Assembly: GCA_030264375.1 (NCBI GenBank)
Contig: JASCQW010000081.1
Span: forward strand, 40,202,246-40,266,245
Source of the DNA: Carcharhinus longimanus
Lineage: Eukaryota
Direction: 5' to 3'
DNA length: 64,000 nt
Shown here: one piece after another, positions 1 to 11,900 of the stretch
Numbering within the stretch: the stretch's first letter is position 1
Layout: each line of letters opens with the position of its first letter
Program-made: the position numbers and the translations under genes
Notes under the pieces: generated by a model
Database searches by the model: none
What the model was told of the DNA's origin: nothing
The model's input: the letters and a program-made list of their open reading frames with translations, nothing else

Positions 1-464
1 CAATAGAAAAGAAAACCAATGGCTATATTGTTTAGACACTAGTTCTAGCTTTCTGAAGCACTATGTTGCAACCAAGAACCAAGTAATTTCTCAAACAGCT
101 GTCATCAAAATGGTATTTGTGTGACCTTACAACCGTTCAGTTCTGCACTGGCCATATCACAAGATTACATCAGCATGCTGTGCTGTGGGGCAACACAGGT
201 AAACAGTGAGCGCCTGATAACGCAATGGAGAATTCCTTCAGAAAATCAATACGTATATTTTTAGAACTGTTCCCCTTCATCCTTCTCGTTGTACAGTCCT
301 AACACACTTTTCAGAACAACTGGAAGACCATATGAACATAATGCAACCCCACGCTTGCTGCAAAAGAATAACAATTTTCAAAGCAGCGCAACCAGACAAT
401 TCTTTAACAACTTGTGTTGTGTGATCCAATTCCATCACTCTGAAGTGGTCATGTCATACTAGAA

Positions 465-488
465 ACACACACACACGCACACACACAC
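465..488. repeat. (CA)n microsatellite
   Basis: acacacacacacgcacacacacac read directly. Confidence 0.9.
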
Positions 489-1580
489 TTGTACTGAAAG
501 ACATTTTAGGTGTCAAATTTTAAAAACAGGCAAAAGAGTCAAAATAATTGAAGTTTTTGATATTTTAAAATTTATTTTTGCCATTTGTTGAATGTGCCTC
601 ACAACAATTAAGTGTAATTGCTCTAATTTCTAATTGCCAAGTTTAATAACTGTACCAGAACGGAACTGATAAACAATTTTGAACACAAGATTTTTGAAGA
701 ATGGTAAAGTTAAATGATAGATGTGAATAAAACATCATCAAATGAACTAAATTTCAAAACAAATGTTTTTCTTTACAATGATTACTTCACTGTAAATTCC
801 TGTCAAAAGACACACATTTGGATGTCTGGAGCACAATGTTTATGCAGGCTCATTCTCGATGTTGCATTCTACAGCTTTTTGCTGCTTGGTTGCATTTCAC
901 ATACCTTCTAAAACATTACAAATTAAAATTAATGGAATAGTGTTTCTTCTAAAACTAGGCATCAATGCATCACAGCAATAAAGAAAGGGAAACAGCATTG
1001 TTAAGGGAACAGTTCTATCAGTGAGTAAAATTTTGTGGCAAAAAGGTTAATCACTTAGAAGGAATCAACTGTACCTACAATCTGTATCACGTTAGAATAT
1101 TCAGTCAGGAAACTGATAAATTACTGTATCGATTCAGTTCTGCTTCACTTAACATAATTATAGCACAGTAATGGATAGCATGAGTGATGTGTTTTGCTTT
1201 AGATAAGTGCTGGTAGTTAGTGTGGTATTCTGGGATATTAGAATTAAAAATTCTATTCCGATCAAGTGTCAAACTTAATTGTATTTAACCCCTTTACTGA
1301 CCCATTGTGAGCTTTGTAGTGCTTTCACTGTAGCCCCATCAAACATCCCATTCAGTGTGAATCGTAATATATCGACTCTGATCTGATCCCGCTATCCCTC
1401 TCATTACACTCAATTACTGCCCAGAATAAGTCCGGACATCGGCTGGCAATGAAATCACCAGCTTGTCACGTGAGATCCATTTTCTTTCTCCCAGAGGAAG
1501 ACAGGAGATTCACATCAGCCGTTGGTGCCAACCTAATACAAATCCTCCTTCTGCACAGCTTTGTACAGATCCCTGAGTGA

Positions 1581-1613
1581 GGGAGGGGTGGTGGGGGGGG
1601 GTGGGGGGGGGGG
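1581..1613 (+). repeat. G-rich tract with G-quadruplex potential
   Basis: gggaggggtggtgggggggggtggggggggggg, four or more G-runs. Confidence 0.75.
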
Positions 1614-3091
1614 AGTCCTAATGGCGGTCACTGTAAACAACTGCTGCACAATTTAGCGTGCACTCGGAAAACCAGCTGCAAACTTGCACAATGAAGACTA
1701 ATGTACAGCTGTGGTGCGAACGGGCATTTAAGCTGTGGCTCTGAGCAAGCTGCTGCTCAGCTGATCATTTTATTGGGAGAGAAACGGTTGGATGCCATTG
1801 TTTGCCATGGATTTCGTCAATAAAAGTGCAGACTTGTAGGCACGTTTTGCAAACCTCAGCTAAAGCAAGCAACTTGAGAAAAAAATATTTCAGGCAAATG
1901 TTTCGATACTTCAACCACTATATCAAGATATGCAAGCAGACATTAATAATCCAGAGATACATCAATAAAATCTGGTACAGGCACCAGAAAAAGTTGTAAC
2001 ATATGTACTTTATTTTGAGATGGAGATATGTAAAGGGCAAGATGTCTTGCATTGTAAGATACATAATCAAGCGACATCCATCACATATATTGAGCCAGTA
2101 CGTCCATTTTGTTATCTTTCACCATTATACTATAGGGCATGGCAAACTCTTTGTATTTGACTTGATATCTGAATTATACTCCTATAGATGGAGTTTCTCC
2201 TGCGATATCATTTATATAGCAGCAAAAACTGGAAAAAAAATTGGTGAGTGGGGAGGGGTGGAAGGGGGGTGGAGAGGAGCCCACAGCAGCCTTAAACCAC
2301 CAACTTGGCTATCTCTTTCTCCCTGACATCAGGGAGGTAGCCGGGTGGATGCTCACTTGCCTCAATGGCCCCGCTTCTGCTAACATCAGGGGCCACGAGG
2401 CAAAGAGTGGCAGTGATCCGGTGAAAGAGTGAAAATAGTAGGTGGCAGAATACCAGGCCAGTGGTTGGCTTTCCTCTTCTTCCAGCTAATGGAAAGCTCT
2501 TTGGCCCCTTTAAGATCCTTTTTCATCTTCTGCTACTGACTTCTCTGTCTTCTCCCTTTTGGTGACGGGGATCTTGCTGCAAGTCAGCCAATGCATACAA
2601 AATAGGCCCAAGCCAGGGTAAAGGGCAGGGTTACAATGGGGTCAGAGCAATAGACGGTAATCCAGATATCATCTCTCCTCTGGTGTCACTCTCGTGTTAC
2701 CTCATTTACTGTTTGTAGGTGGCAAATAGAAAGCAAACACAGAAGGGGCCAAGTTCTGGTAGTTTTCTCTTAAAGGACAAGTCATAGACAGGCTGAGTCG
2801 GCTGAGGAACGTCAATTAGTATCAATGAAATACTGTCACTTTATTTGATTGAACCAGTGACAACCAGATTGCTTTCTTTCTGAACGGGTGCGATTATGTG
2901 GCATCCAAACACATTACAAACCAGGTCATTGGTTTACAAAAATGTCAATCAAATAGAAAGAATGCACAGTTAATTTGGGAAAACAGCACAATAGTGCTTT
3001 GCCGTGGAAATGTTTATACAGGATAAATAACCTGTTTACAGCTGTTCAATTAGCCAGAAGAATCAAGGTGGATAAAACAAAAATGTAATAT

Positions 3092-3268
3092 AAAAGCAAA
3101 ACTCTGCAAATGCTGAAAATCTGAAATAAAAACAAAAATGCTGGAAATATGCAGCAGGTCTGGCCGCATCTGTGGAGAGAGAAACAGATTCAAACATTAG
3201 CTTGGTTTTGCCCTCCACAGATGCTGCCAGACCTGCTGAGTACTTCCAGCATTTTCTGTTTTTATTTA
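3092..3268. mobile_element. Fold-back (palindromic) Penelope-derived short repeat, hammerhead centre deleted
   Basis: Inverted arms aaaaatgctggaaatatgcagcaggtctggccgcatctgtggag / ctccacagatgctgccagacctgctgagtacttccagcatttt; right arm resembles the sequence 3' of the ribozyme at 17841-17900. Confidence 0.75.
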
Positions 3269-4238
3269 TTAAAGCAAATTGTCATTTTTTAACTTGTCTA
3301 TTTTGGAATGAATGCTTTAAATGGAATTCTGCACCCTGCAAACGACCACTGATTGCTTGGAAATGGGCATTTTGTCACATATCTGAAGTGTCAAAATTTG
3401 ATTTAGCTCAAAAATGTTATCCCTAAAGCAGCAATCAAAGCTGGGCAATCTTTAAAAAAAATTGCGGGCATTAACAAAATAGAGGAAATCCAACCATTCT
3501 CTACTGATTTCTCCGAACCTGCAGAGCTTGCCATCTGCCCAAGGGGAGGAGCTGGGAACTTACACAAACCTCTCAGAAATAACAAGTTGCCTCGGCACTG
3601 ACCTTATTGACTGACATGCCTATTTAAATCACTCCCTCATAAGGCTGCTTGGGTTCTAAAGGGACAGATCAGATTAAACAAAACTCCACCTCAATCAATA
3701 AATGACACAACTTGTGCTCCTGTCTGCAGATGCTCTGAGCAATGCCACTAAAGATCAGCCAAGTCGTTATAGCCAGACAACTGGAAGCAAACTTTTACTT
3801 GTACAATCAGCAATTCAGAACACCCAGAGTGTGAAGGTGAAAAGCAACTACAATCTAGAGAAATGGCATAGATTCTCCAACTAAATATCAACCCAACCAC
3901 ATGTCTAAGCACATTATCCCACAAAACCGGTCGGATGAGTACAAACTGAAATGTTTCTGCTTTTTTATTTTCTACATAAATCAAATTAAGCTTGAAAGGT
4001 TGCAAGTCATTTATACCTGACCAAGGGTAGCAACTGGAGACAAAGTAGAAACAGCATAGATCAAAATAGGGTGCGATCTTGGATATTTCAGTGCTACTTA
4101 GCTCTGCAGCACAGTTGATTTACAACTGTAGTTAATTGTTATTGTAGATTTATTTTTGCATTTCTGTGGCTGAGTGTTGACCATGCACAGGGAAAACAAA
4201 TACCAGAAGCTTTGCCATAGTCTCTATTCACTTTTATA

Positions 4239-4542
4239 CATAGAATCCCCACAGTGCAGAAGTGGGCCATTCGGCCCATCAAGTCTGCACTGATCACAAT
4301 CCCAACCAGGCCCGATCGCCATAACCCTACTCATTTACCCTACTAACCCCCTGACACTAAGGGGCAGTTTAGCATGGCCAATCAAACAAACCCACACATC
4401 TTTTGGAGTGTGGACGGAAACTGGAGCACTTGGAGAAAACTCATGCAGACATGGGGAGAATGTGCAAACTCCACACAATGACAATGGCCGAAGCTGGGAA
4501 TCGAACCTTGCACCCTATCATTGTGAGGCAACAGTGCAAACA
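4239..4542 (-). mobile_element. HE1-type V-SINE with CR1/HER1-like tail
   Basis: Reverse V-domain (ggaaactggagcacttggagaaaactcatgcagacatggggagaatgtgcaaactccacac), tRNA B-box-like head near 4500, tail catagaatccccacagtgcagaag. Confidence 0.85.
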
Positions 4543-4639
4543 GCCCCTTGATTTATCCTGTCCAAAATGGCTGAGAACTTTCCACACAGATTAAATTATT
4601 ATTCAATTGACCATCTATTCACAACATCATTTTTTTATA

Positions 4640-5210
4640 TTTGTTCTCAGAATATGACCAATTCTGGCAAGATTTTATTTATTGGCATTGGCCTTTTCCT
4701 TAAACTGTTGCGACTTGTTTACTGAGAGCATCCCCACATTGGTGCTAGGGAAAGAGTATCTGGATATTGGGCCAGTGACAATAAAGGAACTGTCCACGTC
4801 AGGACAATGCCACCTGGAGATGATGATGATGTGTCCATCATATTGTTGATCTTCTCCTTCTTAATAATCTCAGCAGAAAGAGGTGCTGCCAAAGTTGTTG
4901 CCATGCATCCTGTAGATCATACATGCTACAATCTTATTTGCTTAGTGGTGGAGAGAATGAATGTTAAGTGCAGAGACAGGGGCACTAATCATGCAAGCTG
5001 CCTGTTCTGGAGCTGTCGGCGTTGGTATGGATGCATTAGTTCAAGCAAGTGGAAAGTAATCCTGACCTAGGATTCTTGATGTTTGGGAAACAGAAGCTAT
5101 AAAAAAAAATTCAGTCATGGGATAGGAGTGTCCCAGGCTCAGCCTAATTTAAGTGCCTCTGAGAAGCTGGTGATGTGCTATCTTCTTGAACCGCTGCAGT
5201 ACATGTGATA
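4640..5210 (-). mobile_element. Degenerate L2/CR1-group LINE 3' fragments
   Basis: Similar to the better-preserved copy at 23575-24140 (gagaagctggtgatgtgctatcttcttgaaccgctgcagt; caagcaagtgga). Confidence 0.5.
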
Positions 5211-5440
5211 TGATGATTATATCCTTTGAGCCGAGTGCAATGGTGATTTTAATAATGACACTACTTAATTTGCAGTTTTTGCAGCAAGTGATTATTTGGA
5301 TTACTTGTTTGCGGTCTTGAGCACAACCAAAATGAGACAGATACAGTCATACAAACCATAACCATACTGTATGGGGCTGAGAATAGGCTGACAAAGTCCA
5401 TACTGATTCTCAAAATGAACAAGACAAGTTTATGGAAAGA

Positions 5441-5635
5441 AAAATAAAAAATGCTCGAGAAACTCAGCAGGTCTGACAGCATCTGTGGTGAGAGAACAGA
5501 GTCAGCTCTTTCTGAGTCTTCCGGACTTGAAATATCAGCTCTATTCTCTTTCCACAAATGCTGTCAGACCTGCTGAGATTTTTCAGCATTTTCTGTTTTT
5601 GTTTCAGATTCCAGAATCTGCAGTATTTTGCCTTT
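5441..5635. mobile_element. Fold-back Penelope-derived repeat with decayed hammerhead in the centre
   Basis: Inverted arms; centre agct-ctttct-gagtc-ttccg-gactt-gaaat-atc-agct keeps stem II and GAAA but has lost CTGATGA. Confidence 0.75.
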
Positions 5636-5748
5636 ATCTTACCATAAGTGTTCAGTATCCAGAATTATAAATGTATAACAACTTGAATATTGCCAGTGTT
5701 AGCCAAAACAATGATAAAGTACATGTTAACATCATAAATAAATACTGT

Positions 5749-5874
5749 GGCTGGAATTTTACCAGTTTGTCCGCCTCAGGAATTGGAGTGGGTGAGGGGT
5801 GGAGCTTGGGAAGGTCTGTTGACCTCAGGCAGGATTTTATGGTTTTGGGATGAGCGAGGCAGTAAAATCCCATT
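5749..5874. mobile_element. MITE, probably non-autonomous PIF/Harbinger type
   Basis: Terminal inverted repeats ggctggaattttac / gtaaaatcccattc; GC-richer interior. Confidence 0.6.
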
Positions 5875-5907
5875 CTATATCCTTTGCCAATTTCGAATAT
5901 ATTTATT

Positions 5908-6192
5908 TTTAAGTTTAAGCTTATTTATTAGTGTCACAAGTAGGCTTACATTAATGCTTCAATGAAGTTACTGTGAAAATTCCCTAGTCACCACATTCCG
6001 ATGCCTGTTCGGGTACAGTGAGGGAGAATTTAGCATGGTCAATGCACCTAACCAGCACGTATTTCGGGTTGTGGAAGGAAATTGGAGCACCTAGAGGAAA
6101 CCCATGCAGACATGGCGAGAACGTGCAGATTCTGCACAGGTAGTGACCCAAGCTGTGAACTGAACCTGGGTCACTGGCCACTGTACCACCCT
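5908..6192 (-). mobile_element. V-SINE with alternative (type B) 3' tail
   Basis: V-domain and tRNA-like head; tail ttattagtgtcacaagtaggcttacattaa...gttactgtgaaaattccctagtc shared with copies at 18243, 25375 and 60397. Confidence 0.85.
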
Positions 6193-6319
6193 GTTGCGGT
6201 AGTAAGCTTAACCACTGCTCAAATCACCGCACTTCCACTACTCAACTACCTACAATCCTCATCAATCAGGTCTCATACCTAACAGACTAACTACTGTGCC
6301 GCCTCATTGACGTTATATA

Positions 6320-6425
6320 GGAAGAAAGACAGACTTGCATTTATAAAGCACCTTTCATGACCACTGGATATTTCAAAGCACTTCTTATTAATGACGAACC
6401 TTTGAATAATGTCGCTGTTATAATG
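6320..6425 (-). mobile_element. SacSINE1/DeuSINE-like 3' fragment
   Basis: agacttgcatttataaagcacctttcatgacc...caaagcactt matches the ends of other copies (63305, 40740). Confidence 0.6.
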
Positions 6426-6587
6426 CCCTGAAATCATATTGATATTATGTACAACCACCAAACAAAGTTCAATTACATGGAATTAATAGCACAGGAACAG
6501 CCCACCTGACCCAAATGCTTTATGCCATTCTTAATGCCCCACAAGGTTCCTTGCACCTTATTTCCTTCCATCCTAACAACATAGATT

Positions 6588-7213
6588 GGGGTGGCACAGT
6601 GGTTAGCTCTGCTGCCTCACAGTGCCAGAGACCCAGGTTCAATTCCAACCTCGGGTCATTGTCAGTGTGGAGTTTGCACATTCTCCCTATGTCCGTGTGG
6701 GTTTCCTTTGGGTGCTCCAGTTTCCTCCTACAGTCCATAGGTGTGTGGGTTATGTTGATCGGCCACGCAAAATTAATCCTAATGTCGGGGGATTAGCAGA
6801 GTAAATATGTGGAGTTACGGGGATGTGGCCTGGGTGAGACTGAAAGAGTACAATGGACACAACAAGAGTAAAAGACAGAGCGAGGTAGAGAGAGAAAGAG
6901 AGAGGGGGTCAGACAGACAAATAAGTAAAAGGGAGTCAGAGATGGAGCGTGAGAAGGAGAGTGAGACTGAGAGGGGGCAGGAGTGACAGAGGAAGAGGGT
7001 AGAGAGAGGGACACCAAAGGAGAGGCAAAGAGATAAACACAGAGAGAGACAGAGGCACAGATAGACACAGAGCAAGAGAGATAAGGAGAGAGATGCACAG
7101 AAACACAGAAAGAGACTGAGAGACATACTTAATGCATTTAAAGATAACAATCAGGTGGACTTATTGGAATCTGGGCTGAATGGCCTCCTTCTGCACCACA
7201 GGGATTCTATGAT
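6588..7213 (+). mobile_element. HE1-type V-SINE interrupted by a GA-rich insert
   Basis: Head ggtggcacagtggttagc, V-domain, body to ~6840, tail gggctgaatggcctccttctgcac...gggattctatgat at 7171-7213. Confidence 0.85.
6842..7125. repeat. Degenerate (GA)n/(GACA)n low-complexity tract
   Basis: Purine-rich run; explains the Ser/Leu-rich minus-strand ORFs. Confidence 0.85.
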
Positions 7214-7684
7214 ATCTTTCTATTCCTTTCTTTGTCATGTGTTTATGCAGCTTCCCCTTAAATGCATCTTTCTTATTTTCCACAACTACTCCATGTGGCA
7301 GTGATTTCCACATTCTAACCACACTTCGAGTAAGGAGGTTTGTCCTGAATTCCTTGTTGAATTTATTTGTGACTATCTTATATTTCTATCTTCTAATTAT
7401 GAATGTATGATAGCTGTATTTCTTTTCCCCTGGAGCAAGGAACAGTCGATCTTTATATTCATGGCTGACTATAGTTAGAAACTTAAATTACTGTTCCCTA
7501 AACAGAATGGCATAAATTCCTCATAATAAACTGGGGTTAATTGACTTTTGCTCACTTTCAATTAATTAGAGGTAGACTAGACAAGTTTATCTCAATGCAG
7601 ATATCCAACATATTACATTTTTGGAGGCCTAAATGAATAGTTTAAACCTAAAATAAACTTCACAAGACCTCTTATGTTTTTCTT

Positions 7685-8068
7685 TCTTTATTCTTTCATG
7701 GGACATGAACATTGCTGATAAGGCCAGCATTTATTGCTCTTGAACTGAGTAGCTTGCTGGACCATTTCAGAGTACAATTAAAAGTCAATCAATTTACCAT
7801 GTGTCTGGAGTCACACGTAAGCCAGGTCAAGTGAGGATGGCAGATTTCCTTCCTTAAAGGACATCAGTGACCAGATGGGTTTTTACAACAATCAATGATA
7901 GCTTCATGATCCATTCACCATTACTGAGCTTTATGTTCTAGATTTATGAATGTAATTTTAAGCTCCATGAGTTGCCATGGTTGGATTTGAATCCATATCT
8001 CCAAGGAATTAGTCTAGGCATCTGAATTACTGGTCCAGTGCTATTACCACTACATTATCATCTCCCCC
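7685..8068 (-). mobile_element. Meta-domain-like tRNA SINE
   Basis: ctggagtcacacgtaagccagg...gcagatttccttccttaaaggacatcagtgaccagatgggttttt core; same family as 41010 and 51428. Confidence 0.8.
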
Positions 8069-8084
8069 ATCAGCTCTTGTCAAT

Positions 8085-8560
8085 GGTGAGCAGGGTTTGG
8101 GAAGTCAGGAGCTGAATTACTCACTACAGAATTCCTAGCTTCTGACCTGCACTTATAACCACAATGTTTATCTGGCTCAGATTCTGATGAGTTGTAACCC
8201 AACGGATGTTGATGATGGGAATTCAATTGTGAATGGTACTGAACACTGTAAACATTCCCATTTCTGACCTCATGATGGAAGGAAGGCCATTGATGAAGCA
8301 GCTGTAGATGGTTGGGCCTAGGGCACTTCCCTCAGGAACGTCTGCAGTGATATCCTGGGGCTGAGATGATTGAAGTCTAACAATCACAACCATCTTCTTT
8401 TTGCTTTGATTTCAACCTGTGCCGGCCCGCCCACCCTCCCACCCCACCCTGCATTTCCATTGGCTTCAGTTTTATTGGGGTCCCTTGATGCCACACTTGG
8501 GCGAATTCTGTTTTCATGTTAGAGGATTGACTCCCGCCTCAGCTCTGGAGTTCAAATCTT
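8085..8560 (-). mobile_element. L2/CR1-group LINE reverse-transcriptase relic
   Basis: Minus strand reads QSSQPQDITADVPEGSALGPTIYSCFINGLPSIMRSEM, a variant of the GVPQGSVLGP..FINDLP RT motif. Confidence 0.8.
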
Positions 8561-8735
8561 TTGTGTTCTCTCATAACTTAAAGCAGAACAGGCTCGATGG
8601 GCTGTATCCTCTCCTGCTGCTACTTCTGCCTACCTGGTGACACAGTAAGCAATGCTACTGTATGTGACTCTGAGGCTGAACCATTTCTTTTGCAGACTTT
8701 GCCACCTGTTACTTTTCTAAAAGAAGCAAAGCAAT

Positions 8736-8900
8736 NNNNNNNNNNNNNNNNNNNNNNNNNNNNNNNNNNNNNNNNNNNNNNNNNNNNNNNNNNNNNNNNN
8801 NNNNNNNNNNNNNNNNNNNNNNNNNNNNNNNNNNNNNNNNNNNNNNNNNNNNNNNNNNNNNNNNNNNNNNNNNNNNNNNNNNNNNNNNNNNNNNNNNNNN
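8736..8900. other. Assembly gap (165 N)
   Basis: N run. Confidence 1.
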
Positions 8901-11900
8901 AAATCAAGCCTAGACCAGCTGCAGTAGAAATCAAACCCCTCTGACACATGATAAAAGCCCGTGCTGAGCCACAAGGTTTCCATTAAAAACAGTCTGCAGC
9001 AAGATGAACAACTCAAAACCAGCTATTGATCAGCCCATCGATCTTCCGTGGGGGAACCAAGATGGGAAAAGTACCAATCGGGATAGGATTTCTTATTTAT
9101 TTTCATCTCTGGCTTAGTGGTTGCCAAGCTCTGGTCCTCCCAGGCTTAAGCCGTCAGACATTTCTGACGGAACTAGCCAGGATGTCTGACTGAGATAATT
9201 CAAGTTGAAGGCAGACAATCTGCTGTGTGAGCTGATTAGCCATTGACTTGGAACTTGACCTGTCTGATCCGTGACAGCAGTTTCTTAAAAGAAAGGCAGC
9301 CTGATAGAACAAATTCTACAAACCAAGTTGGCCCAGTGATAACAGGAAAGTGACTGCCTCTGTACATTCGGAAATAATCTTTCCTCCTTTTCATTCTCAA
9401 ACACTGGCAAGTAGGGACACACCGCAGCTCATAATGCGTGTGCACAATCCAGGACGTTTAACCAACTGAAGGGTGCCGCAATCACCTTGGGATCAAAGGA
9501 TTACAATTGATAAGTTGCTGCATTAAATAAGAGGACACATTTATCATGCATTTCTTCAGCTCAATTTCGTAATACGAATGGAAGACATATTTCCTGCAGT
9601 TGTTATATGCCTAGATATTAACCGCACATATTTTGAAATCTGCCAAAGAAACTGCATTTCAAAGGATCAATATTTTACAGAACACAACTATTTACACCTT
9701 TGCAGAATGTGGTGGGTGAGGCTGATGGAATAATCAACTTTATTGAGAATCCCATCAATTTTTCCCCTTGTACATTGCCAATCATACAGACATAACATGC
9801 AGTGAGCAGAGCCTATGACACTGCTCCCCATAAGATTGACTGCCATTGGAAAAATGACCAATCGACCAAGAGGCATAATTGGATTTGAAGTTAGTTTTTC
9901 ACCCACTGCAGCCAGATCGACTTGCCAACCCCAACCCCAACCCTACCTAACTTACCAAGCTTCATAAACAAAGCAGCTGCTAGCTTGTGCAAATGATCCC
10001 AGATTTTGGGAAGGAGTCATCAATGGGTTAGACCATCAGAGATCCGACCAGAATTTTTACATTTTAAACCATATATGCGGCAAGAGGTGCATGAGCTACT
10101 CGGATCTTTCTTGGGTGGTTTTGGAAAGGCAGTACAAATGTGTACTACTTGGCTGAGAAGTTAGCTCCTGACTGCAACATAACACTAACAACGACAAATT
10201 CACTACACATACACCACTGTCTGCCGCGCCCTTAACTGTGGCATAACAAAATGTTCTGTTCCATGAGCAACAAATTAGTCTGGCATTTCTTCCAGGACAC
10301 AAAGCTGCAATAGGTGGGATTGAAATGTGAATGAAATTAGCATGATACAATAATATTATAATAATTAATATCTTAAAATTGGTAACATCATGTACAAATT
10401 ACAGTCATGTTTTAAATGGCAACGTTCTCAAGGAAGTTCTTCAAATGGTGTGATTGTTCTTCAGAACAAGAATAACAATGCAAAACAAACTTTAGACTTC
10501 ACTTTAGACGCAATTCCTTTTTCAAATAAAAAGCTGTGTAATTCTAAAACCTTACTCGGCGGTGGGGGAGGGGGCGGAAATAATATGTTGTGTTTTAATC
10601 TGCTTAAAAATATCACAGCGTTTCACTTCACAATTTTCTATTTAGTACAAAGGAATACAGGGTTTTGGAGCTCCATGGCCTAAAGAGTTAACAAGTTAGC
10701 TGGGTTCTGAAGCAGCTGGCATCAAGCCGATAATCATTCAACATGTCCTTTATCACAGCACATGGTACAGTCTTCTGCCTATTGCTCTGTGCCAGTCTCA
10801 CGGTCCAGGTGATAGCATAGTGACAATGCACCAGTATTGAATTCTTCTACAGACAAAGAATGAGCTCACTCGGAGTGAGCCCAGCTTACTGTCTGCTGCT
10901 CATGACTACACAGTCTGTCTGCCGACAGACAAAGATATCGGCAAGGGAGAGTTTGAATACAGTTTCTGGGTCCCTGCGTTTCAAAAGAGCTGAAAGCCAG
11001 CGGCCCGAGGGGTGAGGCTGGCTAGTCGCTGGCATACTTGGCTGTGCATTGAGCCAGGTGGCCTAAGCATACTGGCAAACGACTGGCATGGAGCCCAATG
11101 CAGATGGCTTGCATCACTTTGGTCTTTCCCCATGAAGCCTTTTAGACTGTGAACACAGATTTCTTTCAGGTCAGAGAGCAGCTTTCAGCACTAAATCAAA
11201 GTTCTAATAAATATCCCATTGTCTTATTCTTTGTTCATGCGTAGCAGAAAAACTTCAAGCTCCATTCTCTATCTTTTCACAACTGACACCCAGCTTGTGG
11301 ACTGTATACCCTACCTGGCCTCCCTGTTTTTTTAAAAAAAACATGCCTTCAGGTTAAAATAATCTCCCCCTGCCCCCACCCCCCACAGTCAGAGCTTTTT
11401 ATTGAAAGAGAAAATTCTTTCTAGCCTCCCACCGAACGCATTATAGATTTCATCAGTCTCTGTGTAGTTTCAGGTTTTGTATAAAACTGCAGATGAAAAG
11501 TATATTTATAAAAGAAATACCAGACCCCCAGTGTTATTTATACCATTGCAGGAGGTCCACAGTAAACTACAGGGAAGGATTTCAAACCTTGAATTTTGGA
11601 TATAAATTATGCTGGAGGCCTTCTAGTCCCTAATTTATTTCTAAACATTACCTTACTTCATTTAGCACCGTGTGTGCTTCCAGTGTTTAAAACTGCTCTT
11701 TACTCCAGATCCATTATTTTTCCCAATGAGGATTTCACGCCTAATGATTCAATGTATTACAACAAAACTAATGTCTTTGAAAACCGTACAAAAAGGACTT
11801 GGGTGTCTTCTATTCGCGAGGGGGGTCTTTCCAGTGTTTCATTATTAATGAGGGAGTCATGGCTGCTACGCATTAGTTCAAAGCTGATGACAGCGGAGCA

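Larger units (their letters stand above)
6475..7395 (-). mobile_element. CR1 LINE 3' fragment split by a nested SINE
   Basis: CR1-like tail at 6475-6580 resumes at ~7213 (agcttccccttaaatgcatc...ttccacattctaaccac). Confidence 0.6.

Noticed and set aside
6588-6660. tRNA-like A/B boxes (also at 18410-18480, 34680, 35300 and 60400)
   Set aside because: These are SINE heads continuous with V-domain bodies, not tRNA genes.
6793-7150. Ser/Leu/Cys-rich ORFs
   Set aside because: Translation of a GA-rich microsatellite.
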